Source of the DNA: an uncultured bacterium
Lineage (GTDB): Bacteria > Hydrothermota > UBA3073 > NMUJ01 > CBEVQO01
DNA length: 64,000 bases
Assembly (NCBI GenBank): GCA_965552055.1
Contig: CBEVQO010000003.1
Span: 128,001-192,000 of the forward strand
Direction of reading: 5' to 3'
Made by a program: the position numbers and the translations under genes. Positions 1-8,758 of this stretch are shown one piece after another. The notes under the pieces were generated by a model. It worked only from the letters and a program-made list of their open reading frames with translations. It had not been told where the DNA came from and searched no databases. The number at the start of each line of letters is the position of its first letter. Position 1 is the stretch's first letter.

Positions 1-2
1 AG

Positions 3-455
3 AAAGTTCTTACATTGGATGATTTAAGGAAAGTCTGGATAAATAAAGAAAGCAGGAAGAAATTTTTAGATGATTTAAAAGCAAAGAGCATAAATCCAGA
101 GTTAATAGCACAATTACTTGATAGACCTGATGCAGATGCTTTTGATATTATAGCTCATGTAGCTTTTGATGCCCCTATCTTAAGTAGAGATGACAGAGCC
201 CAAGCTTTGTTGAATGAAAAACAGCAATTTATTAACTCTTTCAATGAGACCGCAAAGAAAGTTTTGCTAAATCTCATAGAAAAATACAAGATTGGTGGCA
301 TTGAGGAAATTTCTCCCGAAGCTCTGGAATCTCCAGACATCCAGAAGATTGGCAAGTTGAAGGAGATCATAAATTCTTTTGGCGGAATAGACAATCTTAT
401 ACACGCACTTGAGAGTATTTCTCAAGGTCTTTATGAAGCTGGAGGTGTTAGATAA
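3..455 (+). CDS. hsdR: Type I restriction enzyme R subunit, C-terminal part (EcoEI_R_C-like); 5'-truncated by the window edge
   Basis: Frame is open from the window start. DADAFDIIAHVAFDAPILSRDDRA ... LLNLIEKYKIGGI ... SFGG resembles the EcoEI-type HsdR C-terminus. Stop overlaps the hsdM start (TAATG). Confidence 0.85.
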   Translation, partial: KVLTLDDLRKVWINKESRKKFLDDLKAKSINPELIAQLLDRPDADAFDIIAHVAFDAPILSRDDRAQALLNEKQQFINSFNETAKKVLLNLIEKYKIGGIEEISPEALESPDIQKIGKLKEIINSFGGIDNLIHALESISQGLYEAGGVR

Positions 456-1891
456 TGGATAGACAAACATTAAGATCAAAGTTCAAGCAGACTTGCGATT
501 TGTTGAGAAATGAGATCGCATCAGTTAATTACATAATCCAGCTGTCGTGGATGCTTTTCTTGAAACTTTATGACGATTTGGAAGATGAGAGAGAATTGAA
601 AGCAAAGTTAAAAGGAGAAACGTATCAAAGGAACATACCTTCTCCTTACAGATGGAAAGATTGGGTCCATAAAGACTGGAGAAGTGAAGAACTCATAGAT
701 TTTATTAACAACGAACTATTTCCTTTCCTCTCCAAATTGGACGGTGAAGGTGAGAGAGAGTTAATTGCGACCATTTTTAGCGGTAAGGAAATCCAGAATT
801 TCCTGAAAGATGGTTACAAGTTAAGGGAAATTGCATTGTTGCTTGATGAGTTGAAGTTCAGAACAAGAGAAGACATTTATGTTATTTCTGCACTTTATGA
901 AGAACTTTTACCTGAGATTGGGGAGATGGGTAAATATGCAGGCGAGTATTACACTCCAAGACCCGTCATAAGATTAATGGTTAAAATTGTCAATCCAAAA
1001 CTTGGTGAGATAATTTTGGATCCGTTCTTGGGCTCTGCTGGGTTCTTAATTGAAAGTTATAATCATATTCTAAGGAGCAAAGATGTTTTCACAACAAAGG
1101 AAACCAAAATATTGCATAACATGTTTTACGGACAGGAAAAGAAGGATGTCCCCTATCTTATAGGAATAATGAACCTTCTTTTGCACAATCTTCCAACATC
1201 TCACATTTACAAGGTTGATACTTTTGCTGAGGATGTAAGGAAAATTCAGGAAAAGGATAGGGTTGATGTTATTCTCACTAACCCTCCATTTGGTGGCAAG
1301 TTTGATGAGAGATTTAAAGCTAACTTTCCTGTGAAAAGCTCTGACACGGAGTTAATGGCTTTGCAGTATGTAATGAGAAAAATAAAGCAGGGCGGAAGGG
1401 TCGGAATAGTTGTTCCGGAGGGTGTTTTATCCAACACTACCGGACCTTTTGTAAGGGTTAGAAAAGAACTTCTTGAAAATTATAATGTTCATACAATTAT
1501 TTCTTTACCCAAAGGGGTTTTTACCGCGTCTGGAAAAACTCCTGTCAAAACCAATCTTCTGTTCTTTGATAAAACAAGACCAACAGAGGAAATATGGTAT
1601 TACGAGATTCAACCCCCTAAAGGCATGAAGAATTTTACCAAAACAAGACCGATGAAAGATGAAGACTGGCAGGATTGCTACGAAAAATGGAAAAATAGAG
1701 AAATAAGCGAAAACTCGTGGATTGTAAAGATTGATGAAATTGACAAGGAAACTTATGAATTAACCCCAAGAAATCCTAATAAATTGAAAAAGAAAGAATA
1801 CAGACCCGCAGGAGAGATTTTAGAAGATGTTTTGAAAGAGGAAAGGGAAGTTATGAAATTGTTTGAGGAATTAAAGGGGTTGTTAAGATGA
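455..1891 (+). CDS. hsdM: Type I R-M N6-adenine DNA methyltransferase (M subunit)
   Basis: QLSWMLFLK N-terminal motif, GEYYTPR, motif I DPFLGSAGFL, motif IV TNPPFGG, VVPEGVL. Confidence 0.96.
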   Translation: MDRQTLRSKFKQTCDLLRNEIASVNYIIQLSWMLFLKLYDDLEDERELKAKLKGETYQRNIPSPYRWKDWVHKDWRSEELIDFINNELFPFLSKLDGEGERELIATIFSGKEIQNFLKDGYKLREIALLLDELKFRTREDIYVISALYEELLPEIGEMGKYAGEYYTPRPVIRLMVKIVNPKLGEIILDPFLGSAGFLIESYNHILRSKDVFTTKETKILHNMFYGQEKKDVPYLIGIMNLLLHNLPTSHIYKVDTFAEDVRKIQEKDRVDVILTNPPFGGKFDERFKANFPVKSSDTELMALQYVMRKIKQGGRVGIVVPEGVLSNTTGPFVRVRKELLENYNVHTIISLPKGVFTASGKTPVKTNLLFFDKTRPTEEIWYYEIQPPKGMKNFTKTRPMKDEDWQDCYEKWKNREISENSWIVKIDEIDKETYELTPRNPNKLKKKEYRPAGEILEDVLKEEREVMKLFEELKGLLR

Positions 1892-3207
1892 AAATCCTTG
1901 ATGATTTCAACATGAAATCCAAAAAGCCCTGGGAAGTTGAAGGAATTGAGTGGAGAGAGGTGAGGCTGGGAGAGGCGTGTATTATCAATCCCCAAAGATC
2001 AGAAGTTAAGCATTTGTTAGCTCGAAACATTGAAGTTTCTTTCATACCAATGGAATATGTAAATGATAACAAAGGAAAAATAGTAAAGTTTGATGTTCGC
2101 CCAATTAGGGAAGTGTATAAGGGATATACATATTTTAAAAATGGCGATGTATTGTTTGCCAAAATAACTCCTTGTATGGAGAATGGTAAAAGTGCTGTAG
2201 CATATAACCTGAAAAACGATATTGGTTTTGGTTCTACGGAATTCCATGTTTTAAGACCAAAAGAAAGCATATTGTCTGAGTTTATATTTTATTTTGTTAG
2301 AAGAAAAAAATTCAGAAATTTGGCCAAACTTCATTTTACAGGGACTGTTGGGCATAAAAGAGTTCCAAAAGAATTTCTAATTAATTCAAAAATCCCCATC
2401 CCATTCCGCAACGGCAAGCCAGATTTAGAGACTCAAAAGAAAATCGTTGAATATATTGAGGCAAACTTTTCAAGAATTGACAAAATTCTGGAGAAGAAAA
2501 AGAAAGAACTTGAGCAACTTGATGAACTCTGGGAAAGCGTTTTAGAGCAGGCATTCAAGCCAAAGAAAGGAGAGGAGTGGAAGGAAGTGAGATTGGAAGA
2601 AGTTGCATATATTGAAAGCGGTAACAGACCTAAAGGAGGAGTTAAAAAATACACTGATGGAATTCCTTCAATTGGTGGAGAACATTTAAGTTATGATGGA
2701 GCTTTTTCTTTTGAAAAATTAAAGTACGTTCCAGAGGATTTTTATGAGCAAAGCAACAAAGGCAAAATCAAAAAATATGATATTCTAATCGTCAAAGACG
2801 GTGCAACAACTGGAAAAACAGCTTTTGTAGATGATAATTTCCCATTTAAAAGAGCTATGGTTAATGAACATGTATTTTTATGTAGAATTTCAGAAGAGAG
2901 AATTTATCCAAAATTCGTTTTTAGATTTTTAATGAGTAGAGAAGGGCAAAGTAGAATTTTAAAAACAAAAGGCGGAACAGCGCAAGGAGGAATTAATAAA
3001 CGTTTTTCAAAATTAGTAAAAATTCCTATCCCATTCCGCAACAACCATCCAGACCTTGAAAAGCAAAAAGAAATAGCGGATTACCTTGACAGTGTTTATG
3101 AGAAAATCAAAACACTGAAAGAGAAAATCCATAAGCAGATAAACCTGCTTGAGGAGATGAAAGAAAGTATTTTGGATGAGGTGTTCAATCATGATGAGAC
3201 TAAATGA
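1888..3207 (+). CDS. hsdS: Type I R-M specificity subunit with two TRDs
   Basis: Repeated conserved blocks EWREVRLGE/EWKEVRLEE and KIPIPFRN..PDLE.QK.I flank two variable domains. TRD1 has AKITPCMENGK...GSTEFHVLR. ATGA overlap with hsdM. Confidence 0.95.
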   Translation: MKILDDFNMKSKKPWEVEGIEWREVRLGEACIINPQRSEVKHLLARNIEVSFIPMEYVNDNKGKIVKFDVRPIREVYKGYTYFKNGDVLFAKITPCMENGKSAVAYNLKNDIGFGSTEFHVLRPKESILSEFIFYFVRRKKFRNLAKLHFTGTVGHKRVPKEFLINSKIPIPFRNGKPDLETQKKIVEYIEANFSRIDKILEKKKKELEQLDELWESVLEQAFKPKKGEEWKEVRLEEVAYIESGNRPKGGVKKYTDGIPSIGGEHLSYDGAFSFEKLKYVPEDFYEQSNKGKIKKYDILIVKDGATTGKTAFVDDNFPFKRAMVNEHVFLCRISEERIYPKFVFRFLMSREGQSRILKTKGGTAQGGINKRFSKLVKIPIPFRNNHPDLEKQKEIADYLDSVYEKIKTLKEKIHKQINLLEEMKESILDEVFNHDETK

Positions 3208-3940
3208 TTTTATTGAGGTAGGGGGCTTAGAGAGGAGAAGTTCTGGAGTTTTGTACATCAATATTTATCCTGTGTTAGATTACCCAAGGAAAATAAAAGT
3301 CTCAAAACTTCCTTATGATGAAAGCTTCTCACCGGGCAAGTGGAGAAAAAGAGTAGGAAATATGGTTTATTATTATGGAAGCGGTATTAAAACTCAACCT
3401 GAAGAAATAGATGTTGATAACTCTTTATTCGGCATGATCTTCAGAAAATATCTTCTTGATATGCTATCCCAAAACATAACAGAGTCATGGGAGTTAAAAG
3501 AACTGAGATCAACCTTAAGGATCGTTAAGGAGATTACCGAAAGTTATGATCATTCAGATAAAATAAAACTGCAATATGAACTTATAATAGGTGTTCATCA
3601 TTGGCAAAACACAAATTTTGGACTTACGGTTGATTTGAAGATAAATATATTTGACCTAAAAACTAACGAACGCATCTCATATCCTGAAATAGGGAATAGA
3701 TATGGAGAGAATGTGAGATATAGTATCTGGAAATCTGTTCAGGCATTTCATAAACATCTCACTCCCGAAGGCAAGAAATACGCGACAGCTATGCGAGATA
3801 AATTTAATCTTATAACAGTTCTTCTAAAAGAGGCTTTTGAGGCTTCAGAGGATGAAAAATCCTTCAACACACCAGATGGAGAAGTTAAGATTACTTTTAA
3901 GCCTCTTGAAATCGTTGAGGTGGCTAATCATGGAATATGA
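3191..3940 (+). CDS. Putative Argonaute partner supplying the N-L1-L2 lobe (AfAgo-N-like), 249 aa
   Basis: Directly upstream of and overlapping a MID-PIWI-only Argonaute; size fits the missing N lobe. GAGGTG SD at 3178-3183 points to ATG 3191. Assignment rests mainly on position and size. Confidence 0.7.
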   Translation: MMRLNDFIEVGGLERRSSGVLYINIYPVLDYPRKIKVSKLPYDESFSPGKWRKRVGNMVYYYGSGIKTQPEEIDVDNSLFGMIFRKYLLDMLSQNITESWELKELRSTLRIVKEITESYDHSDKIKLQYELIIGVHHWQNTNFGLTVDLKINIFDLKTNERISYPEIGNRYGENVRYSIWKSVQAFHKHLTPEGKKYATAMRDKFNLITVLLKEAFEASEDEKSFNTPDGEVKITFKPLEIVEVANHGI

Positions 3941-5216
3941 AACAATTATCAGCAATGTAAATTACTACATAGGTGGAGGCACCCAAGTTCCTATATCGAA
4001 TACTGGTGAGTTAATCAGGAAATTAAGAGAATACGGTCCTTACAAGAAACCTTCACTTCGGCATAACAGGATCGCGTTTGTGTATCTTAATCGAGGAGAT
4101 TGGAGTAGTATAATTGAAAAACTAAAAACGCAAATCGCTGAAAAACTTGATGATGTTTGGCATATTAACAATACAGATTTTTCAGATTTTACTTATAATT
4201 CTTCGGATTTTGATTCCATCGAATCTCAAATTGATAAAGCTATAGATACTGGTGTTGATGGAATTATGCTTATTCTTCCAGGATATATGCCAACAGTTTA
4301 CTACAAACTTAAATCATATCTAATCAATAATGTTCCATCACAATTTATGCGATACGATATACTTTCAAGTCGAAATTTAAGATTTTACGTCGATAACCTA
4401 CTTGTTCAATTTATTTCAAAACTTGGAGGAAAACCATGGATTTTGAATATTGACCCAGAAAGAGGCTCAGACATTATAATAGGAACCGGAGCTACACGAA
4501 TTGATAATGAAAATCTATTTTGTTTCGCCATGGTTTTTAAAAAGGATGGAACTATGTTGTGGAACGAAATTTCACCAATAATCAGAAGAGACCAATATCT
4601 AACGCATTTAAAAGAAATTATTGAAAAAGCTGTTAGAGGTTTTAGAGAGAATAACCCCGATTGGCCTGTTGAGAAACTAACCTTACATGTGAGTGGAAAA
4701 AGACCTAAAATAAGAGACGGTGAAACAAAAGTTTTGGAAGATACAATTGAAGAGCTAAAAGGACAAAGTCTAATATCTCAAGATGCAAAATTTGCTATAC
4801 TTCATTTAAATGAAACACATCCTTATTGGATTATGGGTGATTCCAACAATAGGTATCATCCATATGAAGGAACAAAAGTAAAACTGAACTCTAAAAGGTA
4901 TCTACTTGCACTTTCACAACCACACCAAGAGCGATATGGATTAGAAATGGTGACCCCAATAAAACCATTGAGCGTTGAGATAGTTAGTCATAACTGGACA
5001 TCAGAGGAATTTTATCCCTTTGCTCATGAGGTCTTAGATGAGATATATTACCTGTCAAAGATGAACTGGAGAGGATTTAGAGGTAGAAACCTACCGGTTA
5101 CGGTAAATTATCCAAAATTGGTTGCAAGAATAATAGCAAATGTAAATCGTTATGGTGGTTACCAAATAAATACGGAGGGCAATCGTCCATTACGAACAAC
5201 CCCGTGGTTCCTATGA
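3930..5216 (+). CDS. ago: Prokaryotic Argonaute, MID-PIWI only, catalytically inactive (AfAgo/AfPiwi-like), 428 aa
   Basis: MID 5'-phosphate pocket YYKLK...PSQF...KLGG. PIWI C-terminus [18 protein letters not shown]...PWFL. Catalytic positions degenerate (IIIGTG for IGxD, LHVSG for HRDG). GAGGTG SD at 3917-3922 supports ATG 3930 rather than 3837. Confidence 0.95.
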   Translation: MEYETIISNVNYYIGGGTQVPISNTGELIRKLREYGPYKKPSLRHNRIAFVYLNRGDWSSIIEKLKTQIAEKLDDVWHINNTDFSDFTYNSSDFDSIESQIDKAIDTGVDGIMLILPGYMPTVYYKLKSYLINNVPSQFMRYDILSSRNLRFYVDNLLVQFISKLGGKPWILNIDPERGSDIIIGTGATRIDNENLFCFAMVFKKDGTMLWNEISPIIRRDQYLTHLKEIIEKAVRGFRENNPDWPVEKLTLHVSGKRPKIRDGETKVLEDTIEELKGQSLISQDAKFAILHLNETHPYWIMGDSNNRYHPYEGTKVKLNSKRYLLALSQPHQERYGLEMVTPIKPLSVEIVSHNWTSEEFYPFAHEVLDEIYYLSKMNWRGFRGRNLPVTVNYPKLVARIIANVNRYGGYQINTEGNRPLRTTPWFL

Positions 5217-6259
5217 TAAACGCAAAATTATTTATGAATAAGATTAACGAAATAGAAAAACGAATGGACTATGTTATTGAGAATTGGGAATCTGATAAAA
5301 GAATTACTCTTCAAGAAAAAAGGTTTGTTCTTTCTGCATACATTCATGGTTTATATAAAAACAAAAAAGTAAAAGATTTAGCAAAAAACAATCTCCATGG
5401 AATCAAAGAAAGAAGAAGATTAGATTTTGAAACTATTTTAACGGCAATAGCATCAGCATTGATTGTTGATGCGGATTTCTCAGAATATTGGAATAAATTA
5501 AAAGAGAGGATAGATAGAAGTTCTCCTACTGAGAAATCTAACTTAATAATTCAATTTTTGGTCATATTAACCCCAAATACCATCAAAAAAATCAATGATG
5601 TGCAATATATTAAAACACTGCTGAAAAGTCTAAAAAGACAAGATACTGAAAAGAAATTATTTTCCTATTGGATAGAAAAATGTCTATTTTCAGAGAAAGG
5701 GCAAATAACTATAAGCCAAAAAGATATTAAATATTTAAAAGAATATTTACTTTGGGAGCTTGTAAATTCTGAAGATGATGAACATCAAAAGGAAGAGATG
5801 AGAAAAAAATTTATTCCAGAGATGTTGGATTACAAAGTTGATAGTATTGATTGGATTGTCTTTTTAATCTATCAATTTCTTAAGAAAAACAAGATATATA
5901 TTATTACAGAAAGCGAACTGGACAGGAAACTCAAAAAAGGTATTAAATCAAGAATAAACAAAAAAGTTTGGTTTCCAGTTGGGTCATCAATATTATTTTT
6001 AATTTTAAAATTGTGGAAAGAAAACATTATAACTTTGGAGACTTTAGGACAAATTGCTTTATTAATGGTAGGGATTGCCTTACTTGTTTTTGAAGAATAC
6101 TTGCCTACTAAGAACATAAAGAAAAAGAAAATAACATCAGGATTACCAGCTACAGCTTTAATAATAGGAGTGTTACTTTGGAATTTCGAAATCTCATTAA
6201 TGCTTAATTTTATTATATCGATCATAGGAAGTATAATAATATGGTTGTTTACAGAATGA
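5213..6259 (+). CDS. Hypothetical membrane protein, about 4 C-terminal TM helices; candidate Argonaute effector, 348 aa
   Basis: ATGA overlap with the Ago stop. Charged N-terminal ~250 aa, then hydrophobic segments [68 protein letters not shown]. Confidence 0.7.
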   Translation: MINAKLFMNKINEIEKRMDYVIENWESDKRITLQEKRFVLSAYIHGLYKNKKVKDLAKNNLHGIKERRRLDFETILTAIASALIVDADFSEYWNKLKERIDRSSPTEKSNLIIQFLVILTPNTIKKINDVQYIKTLLKSLKRQDTEKKLFSYWIEKCLFSEKGQITISQKDIKYLKEYLLWELVNSEDDEHQKEEMRKKFIPEMLDYKVDSIDWIVFLIYQFLKKNKIYIITESELDRKLKKGIKSRINKKVWFPVGSSILFLILKLWKENIITLETLGQIALLMVGIALLVFEEYLPTKNIKKKKITSGLPATALIIGVLLWNFEISLMLNFIISIIGSIIIWLFTE

Positions 6260-6280
6260 CGCCGCCGAGCCGAACTTTTC

Positions 6281-6348
6281 ACTCGCTGTCGTTCACTACG
6301 GTGCTACCGCACTCGGACAACAAGCGAGTATGCGTTCGCTTCGCGCAT
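6281..6348. repeat. GC-rich inverted repeats/hairpins at the right end of the defence island
   Basis: ACTCGCT(6281-6287) pairs with AGCGAGT(6323-6329), with inner GTGC-TACC-GCAC; second hairpin ATGCG...CGCAT (6330-6348). Confidence 0.5.
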
Positions 6349-6414
6349 CCAGACCTTTACGGCTTCACATGTTCACTAAACTTAGGCGAAATTGCGGGAT
6401 TGCAGAGAAAAACC

Positions 6415-6441
6415 TTGACAGACCAAATTTTTGATTAAACT
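6415..6441 (+). promoter_or_regulatory. sigma70-type promoter, 15-bp spacer, leaderless
   Basis: TTGACA-N15-TAAACT-N6-ATG(6448). Confidence 0.65.
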
Positions 6442-6447
6442 GATAAG

Positions 6448-7869
6448 ATGTTTGTTCTGTTTATTCTTCTTTCTTATGCGAAATTTGAAATAAAGGAAAA
6501 ATACCCTCCTGACCTTTATCTCGTTGGATATGGTGTTGCAGAAAATACGGGCTCTGATAAAGATTTAGAACATGCAAAAGCAGGGGCTATGAGAGACCTT
6601 GCGAGTCAAATACAGTGCAGGATAAAAGCAGAATACATAGAAAATATCACAAAAATAAGTAAATCGCAAAAAGAATATATATCTTCTAAATGCAAACTGA
6701 TATCCGAATTGCAACTCGAAGGTGTTAAGTTTGAAATACAGCAAACCAGAAAATTTGTATATGCATGGGCGATATTAAATCGCATAGAGGCAGGCAAAAT
6801 ATATCGCCAAAAGATTGAAAAATTAATAGAAAAAATGAAAGAAAAAATGGAAGAAGCAGATTATTTGATATCTGCAGGTGATAAAACATCGGCATTGAAA
6901 AAATTGTTCGAAATGGGTAAAATTTTTGATAGATTTGAAGAAATGTCGCTAATTTATCTTGTAATATCAGGTAACCCCCCGCCCCCCGCCCCCTTCCCCC
7001 GCTATCAAATATCCACAAAAATCCATGAATTAACTCACAAAGATTTTAAAAATTTTGAAGATGTAATAACATCACTTGCATTTCAAATAATTCAGCAGAC
7101 AGGAAATGCAAAAATTGAAGTTTTCCCTTTTGAATACGAAGATACAGATTTTGGTAGCGAATTTTCTCACTATTTACAACAAAAATTAAAATCAACCATT
7201 GCAAGATTGATAAAAAGTGGCAAAAGAAACATTTATGTATATGGGAATTACTGGGTGATGAGAGGAAAAATGAAAATAATAGCAATTTTATATGATGCGG
7301 ATAAAAAAGAAATTGCAGGAAGTGCAGAAGTAACATTTCCAGAGAATTTTTTGAGAAACATCGGGATAGATTATAAACCCAAGAATTTTGTGCAGGCGAT
7401 GATTGATAAAAAATATTTTGCACCCGAAGAAATTGTTTATGGCGGGTTAAAGGTTGAATTCTGGACAAATAAGGGCACAAAGCACTTGCTTTATAAAAAG
7501 GGGGAGATTATGAAAATTTATGTGAGGGTGAACAAACCCTGCTATCTTCAATTTATTTATCATCTTGCAAATGGCATGCGAACCCTTCTTCTTAACAATT
7601 ATTATATTGATGAAGATAAAGTAAATAAAGTTGTTGAATTGCCTTATGAATTTGAGTGTGTACCGCCTTTTGGTGTGGAAAAGTTGCAAATATTTGCATC
7701 AACAGAACCTTTGCCAGAGCCAGATGTAAAGACAGTGGAAATAGAAGGCGTTAAATATAAAGTTTTGAAAGAAGATTTAAAAGATTTTCTACTTACTCAG
7801 AGGGGTTTCATTTTGAAGAACGAGGAAAAATCAGCAGAAAGGGTGCTAACTATAACTACAATTCCTTAA
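6448..7869 (+). CDS. Exported protein, LPP20-like N-terminus and C-terminal DUF4384 domain
   Basis: Short hydrophobic N-terminus; YLVGYG...AKAGAMRDLASQI; C-terminal WTNKG..YKKGE.MKIYVRVNKPCY...PPFGVEKLQIFAS. Confidence 0.6.
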   Translation: MFVLFILLSYAKFEIKEKYPPDLYLVGYGVAENTGSDKDLEHAKAGAMRDLASQIQCRIKAEYIENITKISKSQKEYISSKCKLISELQLEGVKFEIQQTRKFVYAWAILNRIEAGKIYRQKIEKLIEKMKEKMEEADYLISAGDKTSALKKLFEMGKIFDRFEEMSLIYLVISGNPPPPAPFPRYQISTKIHELTHKDFKNFEDVITSLAFQIIQQTGNAKIEVFPFEYEDTDFGSEFSHYLQQKLKSTIARLIKSGKRNIYVYGNYWVMRGKMKIIAILYDADKKEIAGSAEVTFPENFLRNIGIDYKPKNFVQAMIDKKYFAPEEIVYGGLKVEFWTNKGTKHLLYKKGEIMKIYVRVNKPCYLQFIYHLANGMRTLLLNNYYIDEDKVNKVVELPYEFECVPPFGVEKLQIFASTEPLPEPDVKTVEIEGVKYKVLKEDLKDFLLTQRGFILKNEEKSAERVLTITTIP

Positions 7870-7978
7870 GAGTTAGGTGCTATCTTTCAATGTTTTCCCC
7901 CAATTCTTTTTCGATTATTTCAAAACCTTTTGGTGAGATTTTTACAGCATGAATTCTATTTCCTATATGTGATACGCA

Positions 7979-8758
7979 TCAATAGTGACCGAGGACTCCT
8001 CTTACTCTCGCTATCTTTACAAAATATTTAAAAATATAAAAGCCAGCCAAAAAGTAAAATGTGCCATTTAAAATGAGAAAAATCAAATCCATTTTATTTA
8101 ATTGCCACAATCTTAAATTGTGAATCATAATTTTTGCGATTAATTCGGTACCAAGGGAAAGAGGTAATGCTTTTAAAGCAGGTATTTTATCAACAGGAGC
8201 AGCGATAAGTCCAACAAAAACAAATTGTAGAATTTGAAAGAATGACCTTATCTGCTTGAAAACAAGAGCGAGACCACCTGTCAAAAAGCCAATTCCATAA
8301 ACACTCATTAAAGTAAAAATAAATAAAGGGAGTAAAGAAATAAGGTCAAGATGAAGCCATCTTCCCGTTGTCGCCATCATTATAAATAATACAGGTAATA
8401 TGAAGATAAAAAGCGTGAGAATAAAATCAACTATTATTTTGAATAGAGTAAGCAAATCAAAGCCGAGCGGTGTCATAAAAAGCTGTTCGAGTGTGCCAAT
8501 CTCCGCTTCTCTCATCATTTCCCACGATAATGAAGAATATGCAGAGATCGCAAAAAGCCAGAGAAGGAAGCCAACGACAATGCCATCCAGATGCTCACCA
8601 AAAGAAGGACCTTTTGCAGCAAAATGAGAATAGCCAAAAAATACTATCAGAAATAAAAGGTAAATTGTGATAAAACTCGAAACAAGATTAAATGGATAAC
8701 GCTTCCAGCCAATCCATGATTTCTTTAATACCGCTAAAAATAAGTTAAGAGCCCTCAT
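7979..8758 (-). CDS. ABC-2 type transporter permease
   Basis: Multi-TM; EAEIGTLEQLFMTP motif; adjacent to ABC ATPase. Confidence 0.85.
   Translation of the reverse strand: MRALNLFLAVLKKSWIGWKRYPFNLVSSFITIYLLFLIVFFGYSHFAAKGPSFGEHLDGIVVGFLLWLFAISAYSSLSWEMMREAEIGTLEQLFMTPLGFDLLTLFKIIVDFILTLFIFILPVLFIMMATTGRWLHLDLISLLPLFIFTLMSVYGIGFLTGGLALVFKQIRSFFQILQFVFVGLIAAPVDKIPALKALPLSLGTELIAKIMIHNLRLWQLNKMDLIFLILNGTFYFLAGFYIFKYFVKIARVRGVLGHY

Noticed and set aside
3837..3929. 31-aa N-terminal extension of the Argonaute in the ORF track
   Set aside because: It overlaps the partner gene by about 100 nt; the SD and the AfAgo-like N-terminus (MEY) support ATG 3930.
3930..5216. Active slicer Argonaute, or SPARTA/SPARSA-type system
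   Set aside because: Catalytic aspartates are replaced, and the upstream partner has no recognisable TIR or Sir2 domain.
6241..6438. 65-aa ORF after the TM gene
   Set aside because: It runs across the hairpin element and the next promoter, with atypical composition.
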